DNA from: an uncultured Pseudomonadota bacterium
GTDB taxonomy: Bacteria > Pseudomonadota > Alphaproteobacteria > Rs-D84
Assembly: GCA_949298405.1 (NCBI GenBank)
Contig: CASFWA010000001.1
Location: 231-64,230, forward strand
Length of the DNA stretch: 64,000 nt
Reading direction: 5' to 3'
The notes under the pieces were generated by a model, which saw nothing but the letters and a program-made list of their open reading frames with translations, had not been told where the DNA came from and ran no database searches. The position numbers and the translations under genes are program-made. Shown here piece after piece: positions 48,453-58,279 of this stretch. Within the stretch, counting starts at the first letter, position 1; each line of letters opens with the position of its first letter.

Positions 48453-50987
48453 TTATCCGAATAGATTTAGTTGCGCGCCCCCCTTCGGCTCGGAAATCTT
48501 GTTATGTACCTGTGTTTTCTTTGTCACTGTTGCAGGTGGAATATCTTCACATAATGTCGCTTTATGTTCTTCTAACCCCGCCAACACACTTTCTGCACGT
48601 GCAACAACAGATTCCGGCATTCCCGCCATCTTCGCTACATGTATACCATAGGACCTATTTGCTACGCCCGCAACTATTTTATGCATAAAGACAATCTCAT
48701 TATTATGCTCGCGTACATCTATAGTCAGGCAAGATACATTCTGCAACTGACCAGAATTACACCCAACCAGTGCTGTCAATTCATGATAATGCGTTGCAAA
48801 AAGTGTTCTTGGCTGCAAATCATTCAAATATTCTAATACCGCCTGCGCAATTGCCATACCGTCATAAGTTGCAGTTCCACGCCCTATTTCGTCAAAAATT
48901 ATAAATGACTCTTTTGTAGCACGACGCAATATGTTTGCAGTCTCACTCATCTCGACCATAAAAGTAGACTGCCCTGCGGCCAAATTATCTGATGCACCTA
49001 CACGACTAAATAATTGGTCACAAATACCGATTGTGGCACTTGTTGCAGGAACAAAAGACCCCATATGCGCCAAAACAACCAATAACGCATTCTGACGCAA
49101 ATATGTCGATTTCCCTGCCATATTGGGACCAGTTAATAACGCAATAGACTTGGCATTCAAATTGCAATCATTCTTAACAAAATTATCCCCATGCTTGCGC
49201 AATACCGCTTCTATAACAGGATGACGACCACCAACAATATCAAAAGCATTGTCTTCGGTCATATTTGGGCGCACCCATGAATATCTATCCGCAGTCACCG
49301 CCAAAGAATACCAAACATCTAAATCTGCTAATAATTCTGCCGTTGCAAGCAAATCATCAGACACTTCACGTATTTTCTGAATCAAATTACTTATAATATC
49401 CGCTTCTATTGCTGCGGACTTTTCCGCGGCACTACGAACATCGTTATCAAGGTCTATTAACTTCGCTGTTGTAAAGCGCATATTCCCTGCCATTGTCTGA
49501 CGATGAATAAAACCTGATTCTGGCTTCATAAGCGCATCTGCACGCGCACTTGGAACTTCTATAAAATAACCTAAGATATTATTATACTTTATCTTTAATG
49601 TATGAACACCTGTCGCGGCGGCATACTCTGCTTGCATACTTGCAATCGTTTCCTTTGCACCATGCGCTAGCCCACGCATATGATCCAGTGATACATCAAA
49701 ACCAGTTCTTATAACGTCACCATCTCTAAAGAAAGTAGGCAATTCATCTGCCAGCGCAGAATTTAATTCCCATGCCAAATTATCATGAGTATTTATCTCT
49801 GCAAATCTTGCAGCAAAATTAGAATCCAGCCTTGTAGCAAGCATCTTTGAATTAGGTAATTCTATTAGAAAATCCGCAATATGACGCATATCACGTGGCG
49901 TACCACGCCCAGCAAGCAAGCGCGATAAACTACGCCCCACATCTGGTACAGATGCCAATGCAGAAGAAACACTTGCCATAACATCTGGATTTAACAAAAA
50001 GTGTCCGATATGTTCTTGTCTGCGACGTATTTCATCTATATCACCAGATAAAGTGCGCAAATAAGCCCGTAATTTTCTGGCACCTGCAGCAGTTTTAGTA
50101 TTGTCTAGTACATCTATCAGGCATGTTCCACCATCATTAATAGGTGCGTCTATTTCTAAACTTTTCCAAGTTGCGGAATCTATTAATAATTGCCTGCCAG
50201 ATTTATAAACATATGGCGCACGAAAAGCAATTGACGCACCACGCTGAGTATTAAATAAATACCCTGCCAACAAACCGACCGCATTTTCACAATTGGTCGT
50301 CTCGTTTTCGGTTCTAACCGCACCACCGAAAACCTGTGAAACAATTTTATCTATATCTGCACGATGATAAAGTTTCTCGTATACTGGCGTAGTCTTAAAA
50401 ATGTTACGTAACTGTAACACAGTTTCATTTTCTGCCAAAGATTCAGGATAAATTACCTCTGCAGGATTAATACGAACTAAGTCGTCCAAAACTTCCGCTG
50501 TTTGACCGACAAAAAATTCACCCGTTGAGATATCACAACCAGCAATATCAAACTTTCTGTCATCTAACGCAATAATCGCTACCAAAAAATTAGAATTCTT
50601 TGGCGTTAATAAATTTTCATCTGTAAGTGTACCTGGTGTTAAAACACGAATTACTTTTCTTTCTATAAATTTATGACCGCGCGCCTTAGCCTCTGCCGGG
50701 CTTTCCATCTGTTCTACCAATGCAACCCTGAACCCTGCCCTGACTAAACGTCCGAAATAATTATCTGCGGCGTGCCATGGAATACCGCACATTGGTATAT
50801 TTTCACCGTCTGCATCCGTACCACGTTGAGTCAAAACTAAACCTAAACTTTCACTAATAATTTTTGCGTCTTCAAAAAACGCTTCATAAAAGTCCCCAAG
50901 CCTAAACATCAACAGCGCGTCCGGATTTTCCGATTTCATATCAACGTACTGTTGCATAACAGGTGTCAATTTACTCTTATCCGCCAC
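48453..50987 (-). CDS. mutS: DNA mismatch repair protein MutS
   Basis: N-terminal mismatch-binding domain (GDFYE), Walker A GPNMAGKST and a C-terminal ABC ATPase; 844 aa. Confidence 0.93.
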   Translation of the reverse strand: MADKSKLTPVMQQYVDMKSENPDALLMFRLGDFYEAFFEDAKIISESLGLVLTQRGTDADGENIPMCGIPWHAADNYFGRLVRAGFRVALVEQMESPAEAKARGHKFIERKVIRVLTPGTLTDENLLTPKNSNFLVAIIALDDRKFDIAGCDISTGEFFVGQTAEVLDDLVRINPAEVIYPESLAENETVLQLRNIFKTTPVYEKLYHRADIDKIVSQVFGGAVRTENETTNCENAVGLLAGYLFNTQRGASIAFRAPYVYKSGRQLLIDSATWKSLEIDAPINDGGTCLIDVLDNTKTAAGARKLRAYLRTLSGDIDEIRRRQEHIGHFLLNPDVMASVSSALASVPDVGRSLSRLLAGRGTPRDMRHIADFLIELPNSKMLATRLDSNFAARFAEINTHDNLAWELNSALADELPTFFRDGDVIRTGFDVSLDHMRGLAHGAKETIASMQAEYAAATGVHTLKIKYNNILGYFIEVPSARADALMKPESGFIHRQTMAGNMRFTTAKLIDLDNDVRSAAEKSAAIEADIISNLIQKIREVSDDLLATAELLADLDVWYSLAVTADRYSWVRPNMTEDNAFDIVGGRHPVIEAVLRKHGDNFVKNDCNLNAKSIALLTGPNMAGKSTYLRQNALLVVLAHMGSFVPATSATIGICDQLFSRVGASDNLAAGQSTFMVEMSETANILRRATKESFIIFDEIGRGTATYDGMAIAQAVLEYLNDLQPRTLFATHYHELTALVGCNSGQLQNVSCLTIDVREHNNEIVFMHKIVAGVANRSYGIHVAKMAGMPESVVARAESVLAGLEEHKATLCEDIPPATVTKKTQVHNKISEPKGGAQLNLFG

Positions 50988-50998
50988 GACCTAATCCA

Positions 50999-51202
50999 TT
51001 ATGCTTGTGTTGTACCGACTTTCAAAGTTTCTATCTTTAATTCTGCTTCTTTTAATAATTGCTCGCAATATGCTTTTAACTTTATCCCCTGCTCGTATGC
51101 AGCAACAGAATCAGACAAAGATAATTCACCCGCTTCCATTTTTTTCACAAGTTCTGTAAGTTGTTTATAAGCCTCTTCAAATGACAACTTTTTTTCGTCC
51201 AT
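50999..51202 (-). CDS. xseB: Exodeoxyribonuclease VII small subunit
   Basis: 67-aa helical protein with the conserved FEEA...LE.IV..LE.G.L.L..S....E.G pattern. Confidence 0.7.
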   Translation of the reverse strand: MDEKKLSFEEAYKQLTELVKKMEAGELSLSDSVAAYEQGIKLKAYCEQLLKEAELKIETLKVGTTQA

Positions 51203-51291
51203 TTTTATTCCTTTTATTTGTCAGAAAAGATACAAAATAAAAACCTAAAACGCAAATAAAATAACTTAAATAAAACACAAAAAAATCAAAA

Positions 51292-51322
51292 AACGCCCCG
51301 TTTTTACGGGGCTTTTTTATTT
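51292..51322 (-). terminator. Terminator hairpin (CGCCCCG-N6-CGGGGCG + U-run on the minus transcript) after infC
   Basis: GC stem with T-runs on both sides immediately 3' of the infC stop. Confidence 0.65.
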
Positions 51323-51829
51323 TGCAGGGGCAATTAATATCGACTTCGTTCTTTCATCTGGCTTAGATTTAGTTTCTAACGTCCCCTTGTCACCGATTAA
51401 CTCTAAAATTCTTGCAAATAACTCTGGTACTGCATCTTTACCACGCGCTAAAACCTTTTTTGAACCGCGAGTCATAACTGAAATTTTTACCTTATTGCCT
51501 TCGCCTAAAAATTCAAAAACTTTCTTAAGTTTTATATTCAAATCGTTTTCTTCAATAAAAGGCTTTACCCAAACTTCTTTTACTTCGACAGTCTTTTGAT
51601 TTTTTCTTGCTTCACTGGCACGTTTTTTCTGTTCGTACTTGAACTTTCCATAGTCCATAATTTTTACAATAGTGACAGCACCATTTGAATTCATTTCAAC
51701 TAAATCCAAGTCTTCATCTGCTGCCATCTGCAACGCCTGCGGAGTCGGCATAACGCCAAGATTTTGACCTGTTGAACTTATTACTTGCACCGTTTTTGCA
51801 AATATTCTGTTATTTATACGCGGACCCAT
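51317..51829 (-). CDS. infC: Translation initiation factor IF-3
   Basis: Conserved IF3 N- and C-domains (IMDYGKFKYEQKK...VKEV); 170 aa. Confidence 0.9.
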   Translation of the reverse strand: MGPRINNRIFAKTVQVISSTGQNLGVMPTPQALQMAADEDLDLVEMNSNGAVTIVKIMDYGKFKYEQKKRASEARKNQKTVEVKEVWVKPFIEENDLNIKLKKVFEFLGEGNKVKISVMTRGSKKVLARGKDAVPELFARILELIGDKGTLETKSKPDERTKSILIAPAK

Positions 51830-51901
51830 GTCACGACGATTATCACGGTTATTATTTGGTTTAATGGTATACTCCTTTTATGTTTATGCCGAAATTATTG
51901 A

Positions 51902-52699
51902 CTATTCATCAGAACTTTTCAACAAATTTTGCACTATTTGCAACGCATTCCATGCATCTCGTTTGGCAGCGGGTTTTAGCATTAAATAGTTCGGATGAAA
52001 TATCGGCATACATACTGCCCCCGATTCCAGACTTACCACAGAACCATGACCACGCGGCAAACTTACCCCTGCAATCTCGCTTGCAGCAAGTGTCCCCAAT
52101 GTAAGAATTACACGAGGTGCTAATAATTCTAATGCTCTATTAACAAAAGGATGCGCCAAATCAAGTTCTGACCTTGATGGTGTTCTGCCACCAGGTGTAC
52201 GCCAGAACACCAATGGAATTATAGAAACATTTTCACGCGTCATTCCTATGGCCAACAACATTTTATCCAATAATTCACCCACTGCACCAGACAATATCTT
52301 CCCATTAGCATCATCTTCTGCACTTGGAATGTCTGTCACAATCATCAAACCATTTGGTTTAACCGCAATATTAGGCAAAACCACATTTGTTGCACCCGCA
52401 CGCAAAGGATGATTAAACTCAGCAATCATTCTGCTAAGTGCGGATATATCCGTCGGACGTGCAGCCATCGCAACCGCTGTATCCACAGACATAGGCATAG
52501 ATGGTGCCACTGGCGGCACAATAGAAGTCTGTGTTCTTGCTGTAATCTGCGACTGTACAGCCCCCCCTTCTGAGTCAGCAGACGAAGTATTTATTCTGGC
52601 CACTGTCATAGGAATATCATTTAATTCCCATCGCACACCAGCCAAGGATAAATACTGTAAATCATTGTCTTGCACTTTTGATTTCCCTTGATTTTTCAA
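51902..52699 (-). CDS. Uracil-DNA glycosylase superfamily protein (family 4/5-like) with divergent motif A
   Basis: C-terminal HPNYLMLKPAAKRDAW (HPS/AYLLR-like) and central blocks match family-4 UDGs, but the usual GE(A/G)PG motif reads TDIPSAED. About 90-aa N-terminal extension. Confidence 0.55.
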   Translation of the reverse strand: MKNQGKSKVQDNDLQYLSLAGVRWELNDIPMTVARINTSSADSEGGAVQSQITARTQTSIVPPVAPSMPMSVDTAVAMAARPTDISALSRMIAEFNHPLRAGATNVVLPNIAVKPNGLMIVTDIPSAEDDANGKILSGAVGELLDKMLLAIGMTRENVSIIPLVFWRTPGGRTPSRSELDLAHPFVNRALELLAPRVILTLGTLAASEIAGVSLPRGHGSVVSLESGAVCMPIFHPNYLMLKPAAKRDAWNALQIVQNLLKSSDE

Positions 52700-52752
52700 A
52701 CCTTTTGTTATAGACTAGAACACGAGCAACAAAAACTCAAGGGAGTATTTTC

Positions 52753-53169
52753 ATGAAAATTAAAAACTTTGCTATATTGGCTGGTGTTGCAGGCATGTTG
52801 GCCGCATGTGGTGGTTCCAGCATTGTTGAACCAGCAGATTTGAATGATCAGCGTGTGTTCTTTGCGTTCAATTCTTCTGAAATTTCTGAAGAAGCACGCG
52901 ACAATTTGTTGGGTCAGTCTTTGTATATGAAGAATCATCCAGATACAAAAATCCAAATTGCAGGTAACTGCGACGAACGTGGTTCCACAGAATATAACTT
53001 AGCATTGGGCGCACGTCGTGCAAACGCTGCTAAAGACGTTATGGTAAAAGACGGTATCGATTCTAAACGTATTTCCACAATTTCTTATGGTAAAGAACGC
53101 CCATTAGTTCAAGGTACAGGCGAAGAAGTCTGGAAATGGAATCGTAACGCAACAACAACAGTTAAATAA
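52753..53169 (+). CDS. pal: Peptidoglycan-associated lipoprotein
   Basis: Lipobox GMLAAC and OmpA-like domain (NCDERGSTEYNLALGARRANAAKD). Confidence 0.85.
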   Translation: MKIKNFAILAGVAGMLAACGGSSIVEPADLNDQRVFFAFNSSEISEEARDNLLGQSLYMKNHPDTKIQIAGNCDERGSTEYNLALGARRANAAKDVMVKDGIDSKRISTISYGKERPLVQGTGEEVWKWNRNATTTVK

Positions 53170-53192
53170 TAATTGTTGAAACAAATAAAAAA

Positions 53193-53221
53193 ACACCGGT
53201 AAATACCGGTGTTTTTTATAA
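53193..53221 (+). terminator. Terminator hairpin CACCGGTAAATACCGGTG + T-run
   Basis: Perfect palindrome after the pal stop. Confidence 0.65.
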
Positions 53222-53246
53222 ATAAATTTTAATATATATTTATATA

Positions 53247-53276
53247 AAAAACCCGGCAAAAGCCGGCTTTTTTATT
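53247..53276 (-). terminator. Terminator hairpin CCCGGCAAAAGCCGGC flanked by A/T runs (serves parB on the minus strand)
   Basis: Stem with a U-run on the minus transcript just 3' of the parB stop. Confidence 0.6.
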
Positions 53277-53280
53277 ATTT

Positions 53281-54156
53281 CTACTTTATTAGTTTTTCGA
53301 TTAACTCTTGCATTTGAACACGTGTAGCAAATGACAAGACAATATTACCGGCGCCACCGCGTTTTTCTTGCAATTTAACCGGGACACCTAATGCAAATTT
53401 TATTTTGTTTTCTATATCACGAACAGTATCTGCATCTATCGTTTTAGAAACATATGCACGACTATTTGTAGAACGAGCAGAATTTTTTACTTTCTTCTCG
53501 GTTTCTGCAACGGACATCTTTTTGTCTATTATCTCATGTGCCAAAGCCACAGGATTTTCTGCAACAGCGATTGTACGTGCATGTGATGCAGATAAAACAC
53601 CCTGCTCTACCATACTTTTTACCTCAACAGGCAAATCCATCAGACGCATGGCATTTCTTATATAACTCTCTGATTTGCCTATCAGCCTTGAAACATCAGA
53701 CAATGCATATTCACACTTTTCCATAAGATTTTTATATGCGGCCGCTTCCTCTATTGGGTTTAAATTTTCACGTTGTACATTTTCTATCAATGCTATTTCC
53801 ATAGCATTTTCATCAGTCAAAGTTTTCACCAATGCAGGAATTTCATTTAAGCCCGCCATTTTACTAGCACGGAAACGACGTTCACCCGCAACAATTTCAT
53901 ACATATACGGTTTTCCTGTTACGGCACGCAACAATATTGGTTGCAAAACCCCCTTCTCTTTTATAGAAGCGGCTAAATCAGACAACTCTTCATCAGAGAA
54001 AGTTTTACGTGGCTGGTCCGGATTTGCACCAATCTGAACAAGAGGTATCTGTTTTACAACAACGCGCTCACTACCCGTCAAAATCGAAATATCAGGAATG
54101 CTGCCTATCTCTTCCTTTAAGTCTGCCAAACCACGCCCTAATCCGAATTTACTCAT
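53281..54156 (-). CDS. parB: Chromosome partitioning protein ParB (Spo0J)
   Basis: ParB box GERRFRA, HTH and a C-terminal dimerisation region. Confidence 0.9.
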   Translation of the reverse strand: MSKFGLGRGLADLKEEIGSIPDISILTGSERVVVKQIPLVQIGANPDQPRKTFSDEELSDLAASIKEKGVLQPILLRAVTGKPYMYEIVAGERRFRASKMAGLNEIPALVKTLTDENAMEIALIENVQRENLNPIEEAAAYKNLMEKCEYALSDVSRLIGKSESYIRNAMRLMDLPVEVKSMVEQGVLSASHARTIAVAENPVALAHEIIDKKMSVAETEKKVKNSARSTNSRAYVSKTIDADTVRDIENKIKFALGVPVKLQEKRGGAGNIVLSFATRVQMQELIEKLIK

Positions 54157-54941
54157 TATAAAACCTCTTTTTCTGTTTTTTGAACAACTTCTGTTGCGAC
54201 CCTTAAATACGCTTGCGCACCAGCAGAATTAAAATCATAAAACAATGCGGGCTTTCCATGACTCGGTGCTTCTGACACACGAACATTACGCGGAACAACC
54301 GTTTTAAAAACCCTGTCGCCAAATGTACCGCGTACATCGTCTTCAACCGCACGTGTTAACCCGTATCGTTTATCATACATGGTTAACAAAACACCCAAAA
54401 CTTCTAAATTAGGATTCCACTTGTTTTTTATTTCTTTTATAGAATTAACCAAATGACTAATACCCTCCAATGCATAAAATTCACACTGCAAAGGTATAAT
54501 AACATAATCCGCAGTAGTTAACGCATTTAAAGTCAAGAAGCCCAATGCCGGTGGACAATCCAATAAAATATAATCATAATGTTCCATTATTGGTTTTAAA
54601 GCATCCCGCAACCGGTATTCACGGTTTTCAACATCCAACAAATCGACTTCTGCGCCCGCCAATGCCATTGTCGAAGGCAATATATGCATTCCTTGTACTG
54701 CAGTTGATAAAATATTGTCCGCCGCATTCGCGGTTCCCATTATAACCCCATAAACACTTTGACGATGAGACGCACGAACAAACCCCAAACCAGTACCGGC
54801 ATTTCCCTGCGGATCTAAATCAATTAACAAAACCCGTTTCTTAATCGCAGCCAGCGAAGCACCAATATTTATTGCCGTAGTAGTCTTACCAACACCACCT
54901 TTTTGATTAGCAAAAGCAATTATTTTTGTCATTCCTTCCAT
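54156..54941 (-). CDS. parA: Chromosome partitioning ATPase ParA (Soj)
   Basis: Deviant Walker A KGGVGKTT; 261 aa; 1-nt overlap with parB. Confidence 0.92.
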   Translation of the reverse strand: MEGMTKIIAFANQKGGVGKTTTAINIGASLAAIKKRVLLIDLDPQGNAGTGLGFVRASHRQSVYGVIMGTANAADNILSTAVQGMHILPSTMALAGAEVDLLDVENREYRLRDALKPIMEHYDYILLDCPPALGFLTLNALTTADYVIIPLQCEFYALEGISHLVNSIKEIKNKWNPNLEVLGVLLTMYDKRYGLTRAVEDDVRGTFGDRVFKTVVPRNVRVSEAPSHGKPALFYDFNSAGAQAYLRVATEVVQKTEKEVL

Positions 54942-55110
54942 TCCTAACTATCTATTTTAACATCTTTAGAATATAATAAACCAAACGATTCGGTCAAGGC
55001 AATATATTTACAATTATAAAAAACTAAATAAAAACAATATAATAAACTCAATTTCACATGAAACAACTAACTCTATTGACAAATAATATTTTTTGACTAT
55101 ATTTAAAAAT

Positions 55111-56043
55111 ATGAAAATAAACATCGCTTATTCTTTGGTATTTACTTTTTCCCTTGGTCTAGGGGTCGGTCTTTTCATAAACAAATCTTCAACAGAAACA
55201 AACAACAACAAAACCACAAATACAAAAATCAGCACATCTACTATACAATACCCAGATATAACATTCAAAACTGACACTGTTCTTATAACAGACGAAATGA
55301 TAAAAAACAAAAAAACTATTGCAGCGGGACTATTTATCCCCAGCAGTAATTCTATAAAATTATTTTATTTAACAACAAATAGCAAAAAAGAAAACATACA
55401 AAACTATTGCAACAACAATAACACCCAGATGCGTCTTGTATTGCGACACGAACTAGAACACGCACGAAAAGCAAATATGACCAAAAACACACGTTTCTTT
55501 CCTGCAGAAATACGCGCCGCAATTGCTGCACAAAACGAAATTATGGCACCTGCTTCAGAAATAATAGAAGCAATGGATTACAAATATGAAACCGGTTTCT
55601 CTTTTCCAACAAACAAATATTTTATTCAAAAAGCCGACCAGCAAATATCTTCTCTTATCAAGAAAGAACACTTAACTTATCCAATAGATTTCAACAACCA
55701 AAAGATAGCAGATATCACCATAGAATGCGCACTTGAAAGATTTTTAAGCGAAACAAAACGCGGATTATATAAAACAACAATGCTGCGCGCATACAACAAT
55801 GAATATCTAGACAAACCTTTTGTTCCGAACTCGTCCTGTAATTCATACCACGCAATTCTATTTAATCCAACAATCGGTATGTGGGACCCACTTTGGACAT
55901 TCGACTCAAAGAACGGGAAGGCAAACGTATGGCGTGCCGCAAGTTCAAAACAAAGACAAAAAGTTCTCAACAAAATAGATTCATTAACAAAAGAAATTAC
56001 CGGTCAAAACCACAATATTTACACATATCAAAAAATACACTAA
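55111..56043 (+). CDS. Hypothetical N/K/T-rich membrane-anchored protein with HExxH motif (putative zincin-like metallopeptidase)
   Basis: N-terminal hydrophobic anchor, low-complexity N/T tract, HELEH at nt 55447-55461 (context LVLRHELEHARK). AT-rich; flanked by 13-mer repeats. Confidence 0.45.
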   Translation: MKINIAYSLVFTFSLGLGVGLFINKSSTETNNNKTTNTKISTSTIQYPDITFKTDTVLITDEMIKNKKTIAAGLFIPSSNSIKLFYLTTNSKKENIQNYCNNNNTQMRLVLRHELEHARKANMTKNTRFFPAEIRAAIAAQNEIMAPASEIIEAMDYKYETGFSFPTNKYFIQKADQQISSLIKKEHLTYPIDFNNQKIADITIECALERFLSETKRGLYKTTMLRAYNNEYLDKPFVPNSSCNSYHAILFNPTIGMWDPLWTFDSKNGKANVWRAASSKQRQKVLNKIDSLTKEITGQNHNIYTYQKIH

Positions 56044-56075
56044 ATACAAATCATTACGCAAAATTTCACATGAAA

Positions 56076-56636
56076 TTACCGGGTGTTTTCTATAACAATA
56101 ATAAAACCATCCCCAGTTTTTGATGAAATTAATTCATAATCAAATTTGTATTTTTTTTGTGCTATTTCGATTTCTTTTTTTACATCCCGGCCTTTTAGTA
56201 AAAAAAGCCGGTATTTTGTTTTTGCAACATAATTCAAAATATCTATTAAAGATGCAAATGCACGTGCAGTAAACACAATATCTTTTGCGTTACGGGGCAG
56301 GGTGGGGACCAAGGTTTCTAACCTGCCATGATATATATTCAAATTATCTAAATTTAATTTATTTTTTACCTCGTTTAAAAAAGCAACTTTTTTACCGATA
56401 GATTCAACACATGTGACACGCCAGCCTAAAATAGCCAACACAACCCCTGGGAACCCGGCACCACTACCTAAATCTATGACCCTTACATCGTGTGGCAAAA
56501 CATCTGCTAATTGTGCAGAATCGGCAAAATGCCTGTTTTCTATATCCGCCAAAGTACTGGGTGCAACTAAATTCATGCGTTTTGACCAATCACACAGCAA
56601 TTCTTTATATAAAATAAATTTCTCTTTATTATTCAT
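56076..56636 (-). CDS. rsmG: 16S rRNA m7G527 methyltransferase RsmG (GidB)
   Basis: SAM-binding motif VIDLGSGAGFPG and size 186 aa; conserved linkage to parAB. Confidence 0.88.
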   Translation of the reverse strand: MNNKEKFILYKELLCDWSKRMNLVAPSTLADIENRHFADSAQLADVLPHDVRVIDLGSGAGFPGVVLAILGWRVTCVESIGKKVAFLNEVKNKLNLDNLNIYHGRLETLVPTLPRNAKDIVFTARAFASLIDILNYVAKTKYRLFLLKGRDVKKEIEIAQKKYKFDYELISSKTGDGFIIVIENTR

Positions 56637-56662
56637 AAAGATTATTGTAGCATAACTTTCAC

Positions 56663-58279
56663 ATGAGAAAAACAGAAACTTTATTCGTTGGTGTTGCGTT
56701 AATTGCTATCATCGCTGTGATGGGGGGTGCGTTTTGGTACCACAATTATTCAGACAACACACAAAATAACTTTAAATATCCAGAAACAAACTATGGTTCT
56801 TTTTTGGCGGCACAACATGCGATATATGTAAATGATTTTGAAAATGCCGCTAAGTTTGCTAATCAAATAAAAGATGTTGATTATGCTACCATACAATCTA
56901 CAAAATTCTTATCTGAATTTTTAAGTGGTCGTATGCCTGAAAATGCAAATCTATTAAAAGACGAAAAGGCAACTTCATCCAGATTGATTTATGATGCGTA
57001 TATAATAACAAAAGACAATTGGGAAGAACTTTATAAGCGTCACAAAAAGGACGAGTCTGCATTGGCAGCACCATTACGCATATGGGCATCTATTGCAACA
57101 GACCACAAAACAGACGCGCTTAAATTTATAGATAAATTACCAACAAATGAATCCTGGAAAGATTTTGTTCGCGGTCAAATATACGCAGAAACTGGCGATA
57201 ATGAAAAAGCAGCAGAATATTTTTCCAAAGTTCGTTCGGATTTTATGAATATAAACGACTATTTATATATAATGTCATTTTATAACCATAACAATCTGAA
57301 TGACAAGGCACAAAATTTAAAAGAAGATTTTACATCAAGACCTGGTGGAATGTTTATGTTGGACTATGACGCTATACCTGATTGGTCTTTATATTCAGGT
57401 TATAAAAACGCTTTGGCTTTTAGTCTGATTCAAAACGTTTCACACACACAAATTATGATGTATTCTGATTTGTCTATATTGCTTTTGCGTTTTGCCCAGA
57501 TAGTAGGGCCTAGTTTTAATGAAAACAGCGATGCAATAAATTATTATCTGGGGCAATTCTTCTTTAACACAACAGGGAACTATAAAAAGCACTTTGAAAG
57601 AATAAAATCAGATAGTCCTTTTTATCTATTTTCTGTGCTGCGTATGGCAGAAAAAAGCGGCGATATGAAAGCATTGGAACGTGCTATAAAAGAAAATCCT
57701 TTGTTCGTTCCTGCTGTAAATAAATTAATTGCGTATAACATTCAAAATGGAAACCGCAGGGCTGCTTTACGAACCGCAAATATGGCATTAAATGACAAAA
57801 ACTTAAATGAAGTAGGGCATGCATTTTTCTTGAAGAGCAGGGCACAAATTCACTTTGTTTTTGACGATTTAGACGCAGCACAATCAGATTTACATGACGC
57901 ATCTGTAATTCTGCCTTTGGATGCAGAAATCATTTCTTTGCAGGCAAAAATATGGGCCAAACAAAACAGAGAAATCGAAAATGCGTATGATTACGCAATG
58001 ATGCTTGTAAAACAAGATCCTACAGACATAATGGCTTGGGATACTTTGGGATATGTTGTCGCACAACGTGAAGGCACAGAAGCAGCGTTAGAAGTTCTTG
58101 CCAGGGTAGGGGAGGTGTCCGCAACATGTTCTTCTTTGTTCGAACATCTAGGTGATTTATATACAAAAACCGGTGAAAAACAATTAGCGCGCGACGCCTA
58201 TATGCGCGCGATTGAATTATCTGATGATGGATTAACTATTGTACCGGAATTAAAAAAGAAACTAAGGAAAATAAAATGA
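56663..58279 (+). CDS. Membrane-anchored TPR-like helical repeat protein
   Basis: N-terminal TM (LFVGVALIAIIAVMGGAFWY) and a long helical repeat region; 4-nt overlap with gpsA. Confidence 0.5.
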   Translation: MRKTETLFVGVALIAIIAVMGGAFWYHNYSDNTQNNFKYPETNYGSFLAAQHAIYVNDFENAAKFANQIKDVDYATIQSTKFLSEFLSGRMPENANLLKDEKATSSRLIYDAYIITKDNWEELYKRHKKDESALAAPLRIWASIATDHKTDALKFIDKLPTNESWKDFVRGQIYAETGDNEKAAEYFSKVRSDFMNINDYLYIMSFYNHNNLNDKAQNLKEDFTSRPGGMFMLDYDAIPDWSLYSGYKNALAFSLIQNVSHTQIMMYSDLSILLLRFAQIVGPSFNENSDAINYYLGQFFFNTTGNYKKHFERIKSDSPFYLFSVLRMAEKSGDMKALERAIKENPLFVPAVNKLIAYNIQNGNRRAALRTANMALNDKNLNEVGHAFFLKSRAQIHFVFDDLDAAQSDLHDASVILPLDAEIISLQAKIWAKQNREIENAYDYAMMLVKQDPTDIMAWDTLGYVVAQREGTEAALEVLARVGEVSATCSSLFEHLGDLYTKTGEKQLARDAYMRAIELSDDGLTIVPELKKKLRKIK

